This document shows positions 10,268-22,610 of a stretch of 64,000 nt of DNA, piece after piece. Under the pieces are notes generated by a model. That model was given only the letters and a program-made list of their open reading frames with translations, did not search any database and was not told the DNA's origin. Within the stretch, counting starts at the first letter, position 1; the number at the start of each line of letters is the position of its first letter. The DNA is taken from assembly GCF_024700885.2 (NCBI RefSeq), contig NZ_CP117016.1, one strand, 5' to 3'. The stretch comes from Escherichia coli (GTDB lineage Bacteria > Pseudomonadota > Gammaproteobacteria > Enterobacterales > Enterobacteriaceae). A program made the translations under genes and the position numbers.

Positions 10268-12964
10268 ATGTTTAAAGAAATTTTTACCCGGTTCATTCGC
10301 CATTTACCTTCCCGTCTGGTTCATCGCGATCCATTGCCTGGCGCGCAGCAGACAGTGAATACGGCGGTCCCGCCGTCCTTAAGTGCGCATTGCCTGAAAA
10401 TGGCGGTGATGCCCGAAGAAGAATTGTGGAAAACGTTCGACACCCATCCGGAAGGATTAAATCAGGCGGAAGTGGAATCTGCCCGCGAACAACATGGTGA
10501 AAATAAATTACCCGCACAACAACCGTCGCCGTGGTGGGTACATTTATGGGTCTGCTATCGCAACCCCTTTAATATTTTACTCACCATTCTCGGCGCTATT
10601 TCTTACGCCACGGAAGATTTATTTGCCGCGGGCGTTATCGCGCTAATGGTCGCTATTTCTACGTTGCTGAACTTTATTCAGGAAGCACGTTCCACTAAAG
10701 CGGCAGATGCCCTGAAAGCGATGGTCAGCAATACTGCGACGGTGCTGCGCGTAATTAACGACAAAGGCGAAAATGGCTGGCTGGAGATCCCGATCGACCA
10801 GCTGGTGCCCGGCGATATTATAAAACTGGCGGCAGGGGATATGATCCCGGCAGATTTACGTATCTTGCAGGCGCGGGATCTGTTCGTCGCTCAGGCGTCG
10901 TTAACCGGTGAGTCTCTGCCCGTGGAAAAAGCCGCTACCACTCGCCAGCCGGAGCACAGCAATCCGCTGGAGTGCGACACGCTGTGTTTTATGGGCACCA
11001 CCGTGGTGAGCGGCACGGCACAAGCAATGGTGATTGCTACAGGTGCCAACACCTGGTTTGGTCAACTGGCGGGGCGTGTTAGTGAGCAGGAAAGCGAGCC
11101 GAATGCCTTTCAGCAAGGGATCAGCCGCGTCAGTATGCTGCTGATTCGCTTTATGCTGGTGATGGCTCCGGTGGTGTTGCTTATCAACGGTTACACCAAA
11201 GGTGACTGGTGGGAAGCGGCACTGTTTGCGCTTTCGGTCGCGGTAGGCTTAACGCCAGAAATGTTGCCGATGATTGTTACCTCGACGCTGGCGCGCGGCG
11301 CAGTAAAGCTGTCGAAACAGAAAGTGATCGTCAAACATCTGGATGCCATTCAGAACTTTGGCGCAATGGATATTCTGTGCACTGATAAAACCGGCACCCT
11401 GACACAGGATAAAATTGTGCTGGAGAATCATACCGATATCTCCGGTAAAACCAGCGAACGCGTGCTGCATAGCGCGTGGTTGAACAGTCATTACCAGACC
11501 GGACTTAAAAACCTGCTTGATACCGCGGTGCTCGAAGGTACGGATGAAGAGTCAGCGCGTTCGCTGGCCAGCCGTTGGCAAAAAATTGATGAGATTCCGT
11601 TTGATTTCGAGCGTCGCCGGATGTCGGTGGTAGTGGCAGAAAATACCGAACACCATCAGCTGGTTTGCAAAGGCGCATTGCAGGAAATCCTCAATGTGTG
11701 TTCGCAAGTGCGTCACAATGGCGAGATTGTACCGCTCGATGACACCATGCTACGTAAGATTAAGCGGGTTACTGATACGCTGAATCGTCAGGGGCTGCGC
11801 GTGGTTGCGGTTGCGACGAAATACCTGCCAGCGCGTGAAGGAGATTACCAGCGAGCGGATGAATCCGACCTGATCCTCGAAGGATATATTGCTTTCCTTG
11901 ATCCGCCAAAAGAGACAACTGCTCCGGCACTGAAGGCATTAAAATCGAGTGGAATTACCGTAAAAATCCTTACTGGCGACAGTGAGTTAGTTGCAGCGAA
12001 AGTGTGCCATGAAGTGGGGCTGGACGCGGGAGAGGTGGTCATTGGTAGTGATATTGAAACGCTATCTGACGACGAACTGGCAAATCTCGCACAGCGCACC
12101 ACGCTGTTTGCTCGCCTGACGCCGATGCATAAAGAACGCATTGTGACCTTACTGAAGCGCGAAGGGCATGTGGTTGGCTTTATGGGCGATGGTATTAATG
12201 ATGCGCCCGCCTTACGTGCTGCGGATATCGGCATTTCTGTGGACGGCGCGGTAGATATTGCCCGTGAAGCGGCTGATATCATCCTGCTGGAAAAAAGCCT
12301 GATGGTGCTGGAAGAGGGGGTTATTGAGGGACGTCGCACTTTCGCCAACATGCTGAAATACATCAAAATGACGGCGAGCTCTAACTTCGGTAATGTGTTC
12401 AGCGTGCTGGTGGCGAGTGCTTTCTTGCCCTTCCTGCCGATGTTGCCGTTACACTTGCTTATTCAGAACCTGCTGTACGATGTGTCACAGGTGGCGATCC
12501 CGTTTGATAACGTCGACGACGAGCAAATTCAAAAGCCGCAGCGTTGGAATCCGGCGGATCTGGGGCGCTTTATGATCTTCTTCGGACCGATCAGCTCGAT
12601 CTTCGATATTCTGACGTTTTGCCTGATGTGGTGGGTATTCCATGCCAACACGCCGGAAACGCAAACGCTGTTCCAGTCGGGCTGGTTTGTGGTGGGCTTA
12701 CTGTCGCAAACGCTGATTGTGCATATGATCCGCACCCGTCGTGTACCGTTTATTCAGAGCTGTGCATCGTGGCCGTTAATGATCATGACCGTGATCGTGA
12801 TGATTGTCGGGATCGCATTGCCGTTTTCACCGCTGGCCAGTTATCTGCAGCTGCAGGCGCTGCCGTTAAGCTATTTCCCGTGGCTGGTTGCGATTCTGGC
12901 AGGGTATATGACGTTAACCCAGTTGGTGAAAGGGTTCTATAGCCGTCGTTACGGCTGGCAGTAA
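10268..12964 (+). CDS. mgtA: P-type Mg2+-importing ATPase
   Basis: 898 aa with the DKTGTLT phosphorylation motif, TGD and GDGINDAPAL. Confidence 0.97.
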   Translation: MFKEIFTRFIRHLPSRLVHRDPLPGAQQTVNTAVPPSLSAHCLKMAVMPEEELWKTFDTHPEGLNQAEVESAREQHGENKLPAQQPSPWWVHLWVCYRNPFNILLTILGAISYATEDLFAAGVIALMVAISTLLNFIQEARSTKAADALKAMVSNTATVLRVINDKGENGWLEIPIDQLVPGDIIKLAAGDMIPADLRILQARDLFVAQASLTGESLPVEKAATTRQPEHSNPLECDTLCFMGTTVVSGTAQAMVIATGANTWFGQLAGRVSEQESEPNAFQQGISRVSMLLIRFMLVMAPVVLLINGYTKGDWWEAALFALSVAVGLTPEMLPMIVTSTLARGAVKLSKQKVIVKHLDAIQNFGAMDILCTDKTGTLTQDKIVLENHTDISGKTSERVLHSAWLNSHYQTGLKNLLDTAVLEGTDEESARSLASRWQKIDEIPFDFERRRMSVVVAENTEHHQLVCKGALQEILNVCSQVRHNGEIVPLDDTMLRKIKRVTDTLNRQGLRVVAVATKYLPAREGDYQRADESDLILEGYIAFLDPPKETTAPALKALKSSGITVKILTGDSELVAAKVCHEVGLDAGEVVIGSDIETLSDDELANLAQRTTLFARLTPMHKERIVTLLKREGHVVGFMGDGINDAPALRAADIGISVDGAVDIAREAADIILLEKSLMVLEEGVIEGRRTFANMLKYIKMTASSNFGNVFSVLVASAFLPFLPMLPLHLLIQNLLYDVSQVAIPFDNVDDEQIQKPQRWNPADLGRFMIFFGPISSIFDILTFCLMWWVFHANTPETQTLFQSGWFVVGLLSQTLIVHMIRTRRVPFIQSCASWPLMIMTVIVMIVGIALPFSPLASYLQLQALPLSYFPWLVAILAGYMTLTQLVKGFYSRRYGWQ

Positions 12965-13023
12965 AGAATAAACTGGGCATGGTGGCCCGGATTCAGATTG
13001 CAGACAAAGTGAGCTTTGTTCAT

Positions 13024-13039
13024 GCCGGATGCGGCGTAA
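13024..13039. repeat. left half of a REP palindromic unit split by the IS
   Basis: GCCGGATGCGGCGTAA. When joined to 14476 onward it restores GCCGGATGCGGCGTAAACGCCCAATCCGGCCTAC. Confidence 0.75.
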
Positions 13040-13563
13040 TGAACTGCACCCCAAATGTTGGACATAATCTGACATCTGAAGGTGCAGTTTATGAAACATT
13101 CATTTGAAGTAAAACTTGCCGCTGTAAATCATTACCTGGCTGGTCATGCAGGCATCATTTCTACGGCAAAACTCTTTCAACTTTCTCACACCAGCCTCTC
13201 ACACTGGATTAATCTTTTTCTTCTTCACGGTCCTCGGGCACTGGATTGCAGACACAAGCGTAGCTATTCTCCTGAAGATAAACTTTGCGTGGTTCTTTAT
13301 GCTCTCGGGCATTCTGAGTCTCTACCCCGGGTAGCTGCCCGGTTTAATATTCCCAGCCACAACACGGTTAAAAACTGGATAAAAGGCTACCGCAAATCTG
13401 GTAATGAGGCCTTTATCAGGCGCAGGAAGGAGAAAAGCATGACCCGTTCTGATGATACCCATGAAAACGAGGCAAACATGACGCCGGAAGAGATGAAGAA
13501 TGAGCTGCGTTATCTTCGCGCAGAAAATGCATATCTGAAAGCCATGCAGGAGCATCTCCTGGA

Positions 13564-14471
<908 letters not shown>

Positions 14472-14493
14472 GTAAACGCCCAATCCGGCCTAC
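14472..14493. repeat. right half of the split REP palindromic unit (includes the duplicated GTAA)
   Basis: GTAAACGCCCAATCCGGCCTAC. A second REP (AGGCCTGATAAGCGTAGCGCATCGGGC) follows at about 14521-14547. Confidence 0.75.
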
Positions 14494-14605
14494 AAATTCA
14501 ATAAATTGCAGGAATCACATAGGCCTGATAAGCGTAGCGCATCGGGCGATTTTGCTTTTGTCATCAGACTTAATCCGGGCATGATAGCCCGGATTTCCGT
14601 CAAGA

Positions 14606-14992
14606 TTAGCGACGAACAGCGATCGCTTCGATCTCAATCTTCACGTCTTTCGGCAGACGGGCAACTTCAACGCAAGAACGTGCCGGGAAGGTGGCATTGT
14701 GCTCGGTGAAGAACGCTTCGTAAGTGGCGTTTACGGTTGCGAAGTCGTTCAGATCTTTCACAAACACGGTGGTTTTAACGATGTCGCCCACTTTCAGGCC
14801 TGCGGCTTCGACGATCGCTTTTACGTTATCCAGCGACTGACGAGCCTGTGCAGCGACGTCTGCCGGTACTTCGCCCGTTTTCGGATTTACCGGGATCTGA
14901 CCGGAGGTGATGATCATATTGCCCAGATCAACGCCCTGTACGTAAGGACCGATAGCTGCCGGTGCATTTTCCGTCGCGATAGTTTTGCTCAT
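14606..14992 (-). CDS. ridA: enamine/imine deaminase RidA
   Basis: Start at MSKTIATENAPAAIGPYVQG (128 aa). Recognised as YjgF/RidA. Confidence 0.95.
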   Translation of the reverse strand: MSKTIATENAPAAIGPYVQGVDLGNMIITSGQIPVNPKTGEVPADVAAQARQSLDNVKAIVEAAGLKVGDIVKTTVFVKDLNDFATVNATYEAFFTEHNATFPARSCVEVARLPKDVKIEIEAIAVRR

Positions 14993-15064
14993 GATTTCTC
15001 CTTTATTACAGCGGTAAAAAGTCTGGCTCATTATAGGGAGCCAGACTTTTATTACCAACCGCAA

Positions 15065-15526
15065 TTAATTGGCCAGCACCACATTATGGGAAAACTCTTT
15101 TTCACAGTATTTGCATTTGAGCGCGATGTCATTGGCGCGTTTTCGCACGGCAAAGCTGGAAGAAACCGGTTCGGCATGGCTGATACAGTTGCTGTTCGGG
15201 CAGACCAGCACATTGTCGATGCGCTCCGGCAGACTGGGGCGCGATTTGCCAACCACTTCATAGTTGTCGATACGATTTACCGTGGCTTGCGGCGCATACA
15301 ATGCCAGTTGATCTACTTGATCTTCACTTAAAAAGGTATTTTCGATTTTGATCAGATCTTTGCGGCCCATCTCGCCAGAAGGCAGATTCAGACCAATGGT
15401 GATCCGCTGATCCGTTTCGGTCAGCTTGAACAGACTCAACAGCTTAAAACCGATCTGGGCGGGGATATGGTCAATTACCGTGCCGCGTTTAATAGCTTCA
15501 ACCTGCAATTTATTATCGTGTGTCAT
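15065..15526 (-). CDS. pyrI: aspartate carbamoyltransferase regulatory chain
   Basis: 153 aa with a C-terminal Zn-binding CPNSNC...CKYC motif. Confidence 0.96.
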
Positions 15527-15538
15527 CTCTATTTCCCC

Positions 15539-16474
15539 TTACAGTACCAGATCGCGATTCAGAACCAGTGCCAGTAACGCCTGGCGAGCGAAAATCCCGT
15601 TGCCTGCCTGCTGGAAGTACCAGGCGTGTGGCGTTTTATCAACATCCGTCGCAATCTCATCAACACGCGGCAGCGGATGCAGCACTTTCATATTGGCTTT
15701 GGCGTTGTGGAGATCGCTGGCGCGAAGAACAAACTGCGCTTTCACGTTGGCGTACTCGGACGGGTCCAGACGCTCTTTTTGCACGCGGGTCATGTACAGG
15801 ATGTCTACTTCCGCCATCACTTCTTCAATAGAGCTGTGCAGACTCCAGGCGATCCCTTTTTCATCAAGCATATCCAGAATGTATTGCGGCATTGCCAGCG
15901 CGTCCGGCGCGATGAAGTAAAAACGGTTGCCGTCGAACTTCGCTAACGCCTGAGTCAGGGAGTGAACGGTGCGGCCATATTTCAGGTCACCAACCATTGC
16001 GACGTGGAGATTGTCCAGACGCCCCTGGGTTTCCTGAATGGTGAATAAGTCCAGCAAGGTTTGCGTCGGATGTTGGTTGGAGCCATCACCGGCATTCAGT
16101 ACCGGTACATTGCCAGAAAATTCGGTGGCCAGGCGCGCCGCCCCTTCCTGCGGATGACGCATCACTATCGCATCGACGTAAGTGCTGATAACCGAAATGG
16201 TATCGGCCAGCGTCTCGCCTTTTTTACCCAGTGATGTATTGGCGCTGTCGGAGAAGCCCACCACGCTGGCACCCAGGCGGTGCATGGAAGTTTCGAAAGA
16301 GAGGCGGGTACGGGTAGAGGCTTCGAAGAAACAGCTGGCAATGACTTTGTGCTTCAACAGCTCTGGTTGCGGGTTTGCTTTCAGTTTCGCCGCTGTCGCC
16401 AGCACCAGATTAAGGTCATCGCGACTAAGGTCGTTTATGGAAATGATATGTTTCTGATAGAGCGGATTAGCCAT
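15539..16474 (-). CDS. pyrB: aspartate carbamoyltransferase catalytic chain
   Basis: 311 aa with the STRTR and HPLPR motifs. Confidence 0.97.
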
Positions 16475-16477
16475 CTT

Positions 16478-16612
16478 TTATCTCCTGACGCCTGGGCAAA
16501 AAAAAGCCCCTCGATTGAGGGGCTGGGAATGGGTGATCAACGGGAAGAAAAACGGCAGGCCAGCGTCTTTTTTCAGACGCGGTAAGACAAAATGTCGAAC
16601 ACACTGAACCAT
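16478..16612 (-). CDS. pyrL: pyrBI operon leader peptide
   Basis: 44-aa MVQCVRHFVLPRLKKDAGLPFFFPLITHSQPLNRGAFFCPGVRR. It is the internal part of ORF 16478..16678. Confidence 0.85.
   Translation of the reverse strand: MVQCVRHFVLPRLKKDAGLPFFFPLITHSQPLNRGAFFCPGVRR
16498..16524 (-). terminator. pyrBI attenuator hairpin plus U-run
   Basis: The minus strand reads GCCCCTCAATCGAGGGGC followed by TTTTTTTT, inside pyrL and just upstream of pyrB. Confidence 0.85.
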
Positions 16613-16892
16613 ACATCCTCCCGGCAAATTGTCCGGCATTATACTCATAGCCAGAAGCGGTGCAAGCATTTGATGCAATATTTTGTCAGCGCAAACGGTT
16701 TATTTGAATTAAAAGTCAAAATGTATGCATTTTTATTTGCTTTGATTCTGGAGGAGAACTGTCGTTCGGTATCAATAATTGCAGACATTTCCTGCTTTTT
16801 TCTTTTTCACTTTCACGCAATCAGATATGCATTTTATTCCATTCATCCGACTTATACGGCGGAGTGTGAAAACGAACGGCTAACACTATTGC

Positions 16893-17288
16893 TTACAGCT
16901 CAGGGATGCGCGCTATCACTTTAATTTCAAAATCAAAGCCTGCCAGCCAGGTAACGCCCACCGCCGTCCAGTTTGGATAAGGAGGGGCGCTAAATATTTC
17001 ATTTTTGACCGTCATGATGTCTTCAAATTGTTTTTCCGGATCGGTATGAAAGCTCGTAACATCAATGATATCGTCAAAAGTGCATCCCGCGGCAGCTAGG
17101 GTCGCATGCAAATTATCAAATGCCAGTCTGACTTGTTGCTGAAAATCGGGTTCTGGTGTTCCGTCCTCTCGACTTCCTACTTGCCCGGAAACAAACAGCA
17201 AATCGCCGGAACGAATAGCCGCAGAATAACGATGTTCAGCATACAGTGAATGTCGGCCAGCAGGGAAAACAGCGGTTCTTTCTACCAT
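16893..17288 (-). CDS. yjgH: RidA/YjgF-family protein
   Basis: 131 aa. Position and sequence are consistent with K-12 yjgH. Confidence 0.85.
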   Translation of the reverse strand: MVERTAVFPAGRHSLYAEHRYSAAIRSGDLLFVSGQVGSREDGTPEPDFQQQVRLAFDNLHATLAAAGCTFDDIIDVTSFHTDPEKQFEDIMTVKNEIFSAPPYPNWTAVGVTWLAGFDFEIKVIARIPEL

Positions 17289-17418
17289 TTGGTTATCCCC
17301 AAGATTTACGACATGAACAGAAGATTTATATTTACCAGGAGCCGCTTTTAGCGGACGACGTGAGTAAACAAAACCCAGACATCATGGGAAATGGCTGGGC
17401 TTAATTGAGCGTAGTCGG

Positions 17419-18132
17419 TTATGCGCCAAACGCGCCATCAATGGTATGCATCGCGCCGGTAACAAAACTGGCTTCTGGCCCTGCTAACCATGCGACCATA
17501 CCAGCGACCTCTTCCGGTTGCCCATGTCTTTTAATAGCCATAAAACCATGCAACATATCGCGCATTGGCCCGTTGGCGGGATTAGCGTCGGTATCTATTG
17601 GCCCAGGCTGGACGACGTTAATGGTGATCCCACGCGGTCCAAAATCACGGGCCAGCCCGCGCGCCATGCCTTGCAGGGCAGATTTACTGGCGGCATAAGC
17701 AGCCATGCCTGCAACAGGCATACGATCGCCATTCACGGAGCCGATGATTAAGATGCGCCCGCCTTCGGGCATCTGCCGGGCGGCTTCAACAGAGGCATGG
17801 TAAGGAGCATGAATATTGATTTTGAAAAGGCGATCAATATCGTCGGCATTTAATTCCAGGGCATCGCCAAAGACGCCAATACCTGCATTTACCACCAGGA
17901 TATCCAATGCGCCGCTCTTACGAACGACATCAATAACAGCGTCTCTGTCAGCACTATCTGTGAATACTGCTGTCGCTCCAGTCTCTTGTGCCAGGCGTTC
18001 AGCGGCATCTTTCGACCCCGCATAGGTGAATCGTACATTGGCCCCATCGGTGACGAAACGACGTACGATAGCGGCACCGATTCCACGGCTACCACCGAGG
18101 ATGAGAACTGTCTTACCTGTAAAAGCGCCCAT
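17419..18132 (-). CDS. bdcA: short-chain dehydrogenase/c-di-GMP-binding biofilm dispersal protein
   Basis: Start at MGAFTGKTVLILGGSRGIGAAI (237 aa) with a Rossmann GxxxGxG motif. The ORF-track start at 18210 is judged an upstream extension. Confidence 0.9.
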   Translation of the reverse strand: MGAFTGKTVLILGGSRGIGAAIVRRFVTDGANVRFTYAGSKDAAERLAQETGATAVFTDSADRDAVIDVVRKSGALDILVVNAGIGVFGDALELNADDIDRLFKINIHAPYHASVEAARQMPEGGRILIIGSVNGDRMPVAGMAAYAASKSALQGMARGLARDFGPRGITINVVQPGPIDTDANPANGPMRDMLHGFMAIKRHGQPEEVAGMVAWLAGPEASFVTGAMHTIDGAFGA

Positions 18133-18202
18133 AAGGACTCCTTGATTTATTATGTAACATGCATTACAAAACTGTTTTAACTTTCTGTCAACAAGTTTTG
18201 TA

Positions 18203-18796
18203 ATGGTCACTAAAAAACAATCTCGTGTTCCAGGTCGCCCCAGACGTTTCGCTCCTGAGCAGGCAGTCTCTGCGGCAAAAGTGCTTTTTCATCAAAAAGG
18301 TTTCGATGCTGTCAGTGTTGCTGAAGTTACTGATTATCTTGGTATTAACCCCCCGAGCCTCTACGCGGCTTTTGGCAGTAAGGCTGGGTTATTTAGCCGT
18401 GTACTCAATGAATATGTCGGTACGGAAGCTATTCCGCTTGCCGATATTCTTCGTGATGATCGTCCGGTAGGCGAGTGCCTGGTTGAGGTATTAAAAGAAG
18501 CGGCGCGCAGATATAGCCAAAACGGCGGCTGCGCTGGCTGTATGGTTCTTGAAGGTATTCATAGTCATGATCCACAAGCGCGTGATATTGCCGTTCAATA
18601 TTATCACGCCGCAGAAACGACCATTTATGACTATATCGCCAGGCGGCATCCACAACGCGCACAATGCGTGACTGATTTTATGAGTACAGTGATGTCTGGG
18701 CTTTCTGCGAAGGCACGGGAGGGGCACTCCCTCGAACAACTCTGTGCAACAGCTGCACTGGCGGGGGAAGCGATAAAAACTATTCTCGAGGAGTGA
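18203..18796 (+). CDS. bdcR: TetR-family regulator
   Basis: 197 aa with an N-terminal TetR HTH (FHQKGFDAVSVAEVTDYLGINPPSLYAAFGSK). Divergent from bdcA. Confidence 0.9.
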   Translation: MVTKKQSRVPGRPRRFAPEQAVSAAKVLFHQKGFDAVSVAEVTDYLGINPPSLYAAFGSKAGLFSRVLNEYVGTEAIPLADILRDDRPVGECLVEVLKEAARRYSQNGGCAGCMVLEGIHSHDPQARDIAVQYYHAAETTIYDYIARRHPQRAQCVTDFMSTVMSGLSAKAREGHSLEQLCATAALAGEAIKTILEE

Positions 18797-18928
18797 TGCG
18801 GGCCTTGACCCGAAAGGCGGGAACGCGCCTGCCGATAAGTTGTGATAAGACAATAATTCACGCGTTAAGGCTAGCGGAATTGATCATCTTTTCGTATAAC
18901 GATAGAAATGAAACGTTGTTTTAATTAA

Positions 18929-19393
<465 letters not shown>

Positions 19394-19515
19394 TGACTTT
19401 TCGCCGTAAATAACTCCAGGTTTACGGCGAGTTTGTGAAAAGAGCGTTTTTTGATATTTTTTTGTGAGTAAAATTTGTAATGCTTAGACGTTCTTATTAA
19501 CTCAAGGAGTTCGTC

Positions 19516-21387
19516 ATGAGCAAAATATCAGATTTGAATTATTCTCAACACATTACATTAGCCGACAATTTTAAACAAAAAAGTGAAGTTTTAAATACCT
19601 GGCGTGTTGGAATGAATGATTTTGCCCGTATTGCCGGGGGGCAGGATAGCAGAAGGAATATTCTTTCTCCTGGAGCATTTTTGGCGTTTTTGGCAAAGAT
19701 ATTTACCCTGGGTTATGTGGATTTTAGCAAACGCTCCAACGAAGCGGGTAGAAATATGATGGCTCATATTAAGTCCTCATCTTATATCAAAAATAATGAC
19801 GGTAGTGAGATAATGAAGTTTGTTATGAATAATCCTGTAGGGGAACGAGCGGATTCACCCAAGGTGATTATAGAAATTTCACTTTCCGCTATCACTACTA
19901 TGGGGACTCGTCAAGGACATACAGCCATTATATTTCCACAATCTGATTTTTTGAGTTTTCGTTATGAAGGTAAGTCTTTTGAAAGAAAAGATGATAGTTC
20001 ATTACACCTGATTACTAACAAGGTTCTGGCGTGTTACCAACGCGAAGCTAACAAGGAAATAGCGCGTCTATTAAATAATCATCAGAAGTTAAATAATCGT
20101 CAAAAGTTAAATGCTCTACAGAAGTTAAATAATTTACAGAAGTTAAATAATCTACAGAAGTTAAATAATCCGCAGGAGTTAAATAATCCGCAGGAGCTAA
20201 ATAATTCGCAGGAGCTAAATAATTCGCAGGGGTTAAATAATTCGCAGGGGTTAAATGATTCGCAGGATTTAAATGATTCTCAGGATTTAAATGATTCTCA
20301 GGAGTTAAATAACTCGCAGGAGTTAAATAATTCTCAGGACTTAAATAACTCGCAGGTGAGTTGTAAAGGTTCAGTTGATTCTACGATTACGGATTTATTA
20401 GAAAAACCATTGAATAATGCATTATTAGCAATAAGGAAAGAACATCTGCTATTAATGCCTCATGTATGTGATGAATCGATATCATACTTACTGGGCGAAA
20501 ATGGTATACTTGAAGAAATAGATAAGCTCTACGAATCAAATGATCACGGAATTGATAATGACAAAAAAGGTAACAATGAAATTAATGACATCATGATTAA
20601 CCTGTCTCATATTCTTATTGATTCCTTAGATGATGCAAAGGTTAACCTTACACCGGTCATCCATTCGATGTTGGTGACTTTTTTAGAATTGCCATATAAT
20701 AATGATGTAAAAATACTGGAATGGTGTTTTAATAAAAGCATGCAATATTTTGATGATTCTGCAAAGATAAAGCATGCATGCTCCGTAATAAATCATATTA
20801 ATCTTCGCAGCGATCAGTCTAAAATAGCTGAGGCATTATTTTTCAATCTCGATAAAGAACCCTATAAAAATAGCCCTGAATTACAGGAGTTGATTTGGAA
20901 TAAGTTGGTTGTATATGTCAATGATTTTAATTTAAGTAATCAAGAAAAATCACGCTTAATACTAAGGTTATTTGATGATGTTAAGTTGCTATTTAATGAA
21001 GTGCCTGTCAGCATTTTAGTAAATGACATTTTTTTGAAGGGTTTTTTCATAAAACACCCTGATTTTGCTAAGTGGTACTTCTATCAATTACTTAAGAATT
21101 ATGAGGTCGAACAGCTGTATCTTAATGAGTTAGGATATGTTTATGGTGATGAAGAAAAAACAAATGAAATTGTAAAAAAACAACCGGGTTATGTCGTTAA
21201 GATTTTTGAAGAAAAGATGGGGAATGAATTAAAAATTAGAACAAGAATGATGAAAATCCTCCGGGATGGGAAAATAAATATATATGAATATATTAATAAA
21301 GAACAGTTAGAAAAATTAAATCCTCCGGAAGATTTACGAACAGTAATAGAAAAATTGGGGTGGAAGAATAGAACTCACACTGCATAA
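19516..21387 (+). CDS. yjgL: uncharacterised AT-rich protein YjgL with an internal hexapeptide repeat array
   Basis: 623 aa at the position of K-12 yjgL. SD AAGGAG upstream. Confidence 0.85.
   Translation: MSKISDLNYSQHITLADNFKQKSEVLNTWRVGMNDFARIAGGQDSRRNILSPGAFLAFLAKIFTLGYVDFSKRSNEAGRNMMAHIKSSSYIKNNDGSEIMKFVMNNPVGERADSPKVIIEISLSAITTMGTRQGHTAIIFPQSDFLSFRYEGKSFERKDDSSLHLITNKVLACYQREANKEIARLLNNHQKLNNRQKLNALQKLNNLQKLNNLQKLNNPQELNNPQELNNSQELNNSQGLNNSQGLNDSQDLNDSQDLNDSQELNNSQELNNSQDLNNSQVSCKGSVDSTITDLLEKPLNNALLAIRKEHLLLMPHVCDESISYLLGENGILEEIDKLYESNDHGIDNDKKGNNEINDIMINLSHILIDSLDDAKVNLTPVIHSMLVTFLELPYNNDVKILEWCFNKSMQYFDDSAKIKHACSVINHINLRSDQSKIAEALFFNLDKEPYKNSPELQELIWNKLVVYVNDFNLSNQEKSRLILRLFDDVKLLFNEVPVSILVNDIFLKGFFIKHPDFAKWYFYQLLKNYEVEQLYLNELGYVYGDEEKTNEIVKKQPGYVVKIFEEKMGNELKIRTRMMKILRDGKINIYEYINKEQLEKLNPPEDLRTVIEKLGWKNRTHTA
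20071..20358 (+). repeat. 16 tandem in-frame 18-bp repeats (TTAAATAAYNNNCAGNAG) inside yjgL
   Basis: Counted directly: 16 consecutive units of 18 bp encoding L-N-N/D-x-Q-K/E/G/D. Sequence variants are clustered along the array. Confidence 0.95.
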
Positions 21388-21444
21388 AATAATATGATGC
21401 CGGGATGTTTTTTGTATTTCCCGGCATCTTTATAGAGATGTCAA

Positions 21445-22449
21445 TTATTTACTGAGCGTCGCGACCATCACCGCTTTGATGGTATGCATGCGGTTTTCCG
21501 CCTGATCAAATACAATGCTGGCGGCAGATTCGAAGACCTCATCAGTCACTTCCATTCCGCCATGTAGGCCAAACTCTTCCGCCATTTTTTTGCCAAGCGT
21601 CGTTTGGTCGTCATGAAACGCGGGCAGGCAGTGGAGGAATTTGACCTCCGGGTTACCGGTCAACTGCATCATCTTGCTGTTCACCTGATAATCACGCAGT
21701 AATGCAATGCGTTCAGCCCATTTTTCTTTTGCTTCACCCATCGACACCCATACATCGGTATAGATAAAGTCAGCACCTTCAACTCCTTTAGCTACATCTT
21801 CCGTCAGCGTAATATTCCCGCCATTTTGTTGTGCCAGGGCGCGGCATTCCGTAACCAGCGCAGCTTCTGGCCAGCACGCCTGTGGCGCGACCAGACGCAA
21901 ATCCAGACCGGTAAGCGCTGCAGCTTCGAGCATCGAATTGCCCATGTTGTTACGTGCGTCACCTGCATAGACCAGCGTCATTTCGTTGAACGCTTTGCCG
22001 GGCAAATGCTCCTGCATGGTGAGGAGATCCGCCAGCAGCTGCGTTGGGTGAAACTCATTGGTCAGGCCGTTCCATACCGGCACGCCAGCGTATTCCGCCA
22101 GTGTTTCGACAATCTCCTGACCATAGCCGCGATACTGAATACCGTCATACATGCGACCAAGCACGCGGGCAGTGTCTTTAATCGACTCTTTATGACCAAT
22201 TTGGCTGCCGCTTGGGCCGAGATAAGTAACGCGAGCACCCTGGTCATATGCGGCAACTTCGAAAGAGCATCGGGTACGGGTCGAGTCTTTTTCGAAGATG
22301 AGCGCGATGTTTTTACCAGTGAGTTTGGCTTCTTCTTTACCGCTTTTCTTATCAGCTTTCAGCTTCGCGGCTAACTGCAGCAGGCTGTTAAGTTCAGCTG
22401 GCGTGAAATCGAGTAATTTCAGGAAATGCTTATGATAAAACCCGGACAT
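21445..22449 (-). CDS. argI: ornithine carbamoyltransferase
   Basis: 334 aa with STRTR and HCLPA motifs. Recognised as ArgI. Confidence 0.96.
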
Positions 22450-22474
22450 AGATCCCTCCTGTGGCTAACGCCTC

Positions 22475-22513
22475 AATGAATTAAAATTCAATTTATATGG
22501 ATGATTATTCATT
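22475..22513 (-). promoter_or_regulatory. two ARG boxes (ArgR operator)
   Basis: AATGAATTAAAATTCAAT (22475-22492) and TATGGATGATTATTCATT (22496-22513). Both are 18 bp, separated by 3 bp, and match the TGAAT-N4-ATTCA pattern. Confidence 0.8.
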
Positions 22514-22610
22514 TGCAAGTCTAAAGCATAAATCTTTGTCACAAAGGTGGAGGCAATGTCAGTGGTGTGTGACAATAAGAGTATCGGCAGGACATTAAGA
22601 GGAATGAGCC

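Noticed and set aside
20071-20358. Regular 18-bp repeats considered as a possible CRISPR-like or other non-coding array.
   Set aside because: The units are directly abutting with no spacers. They are in frame with, and inside, a long ORF (yjgL), and no cas genes are nearby. This is a coding tandem repeat.
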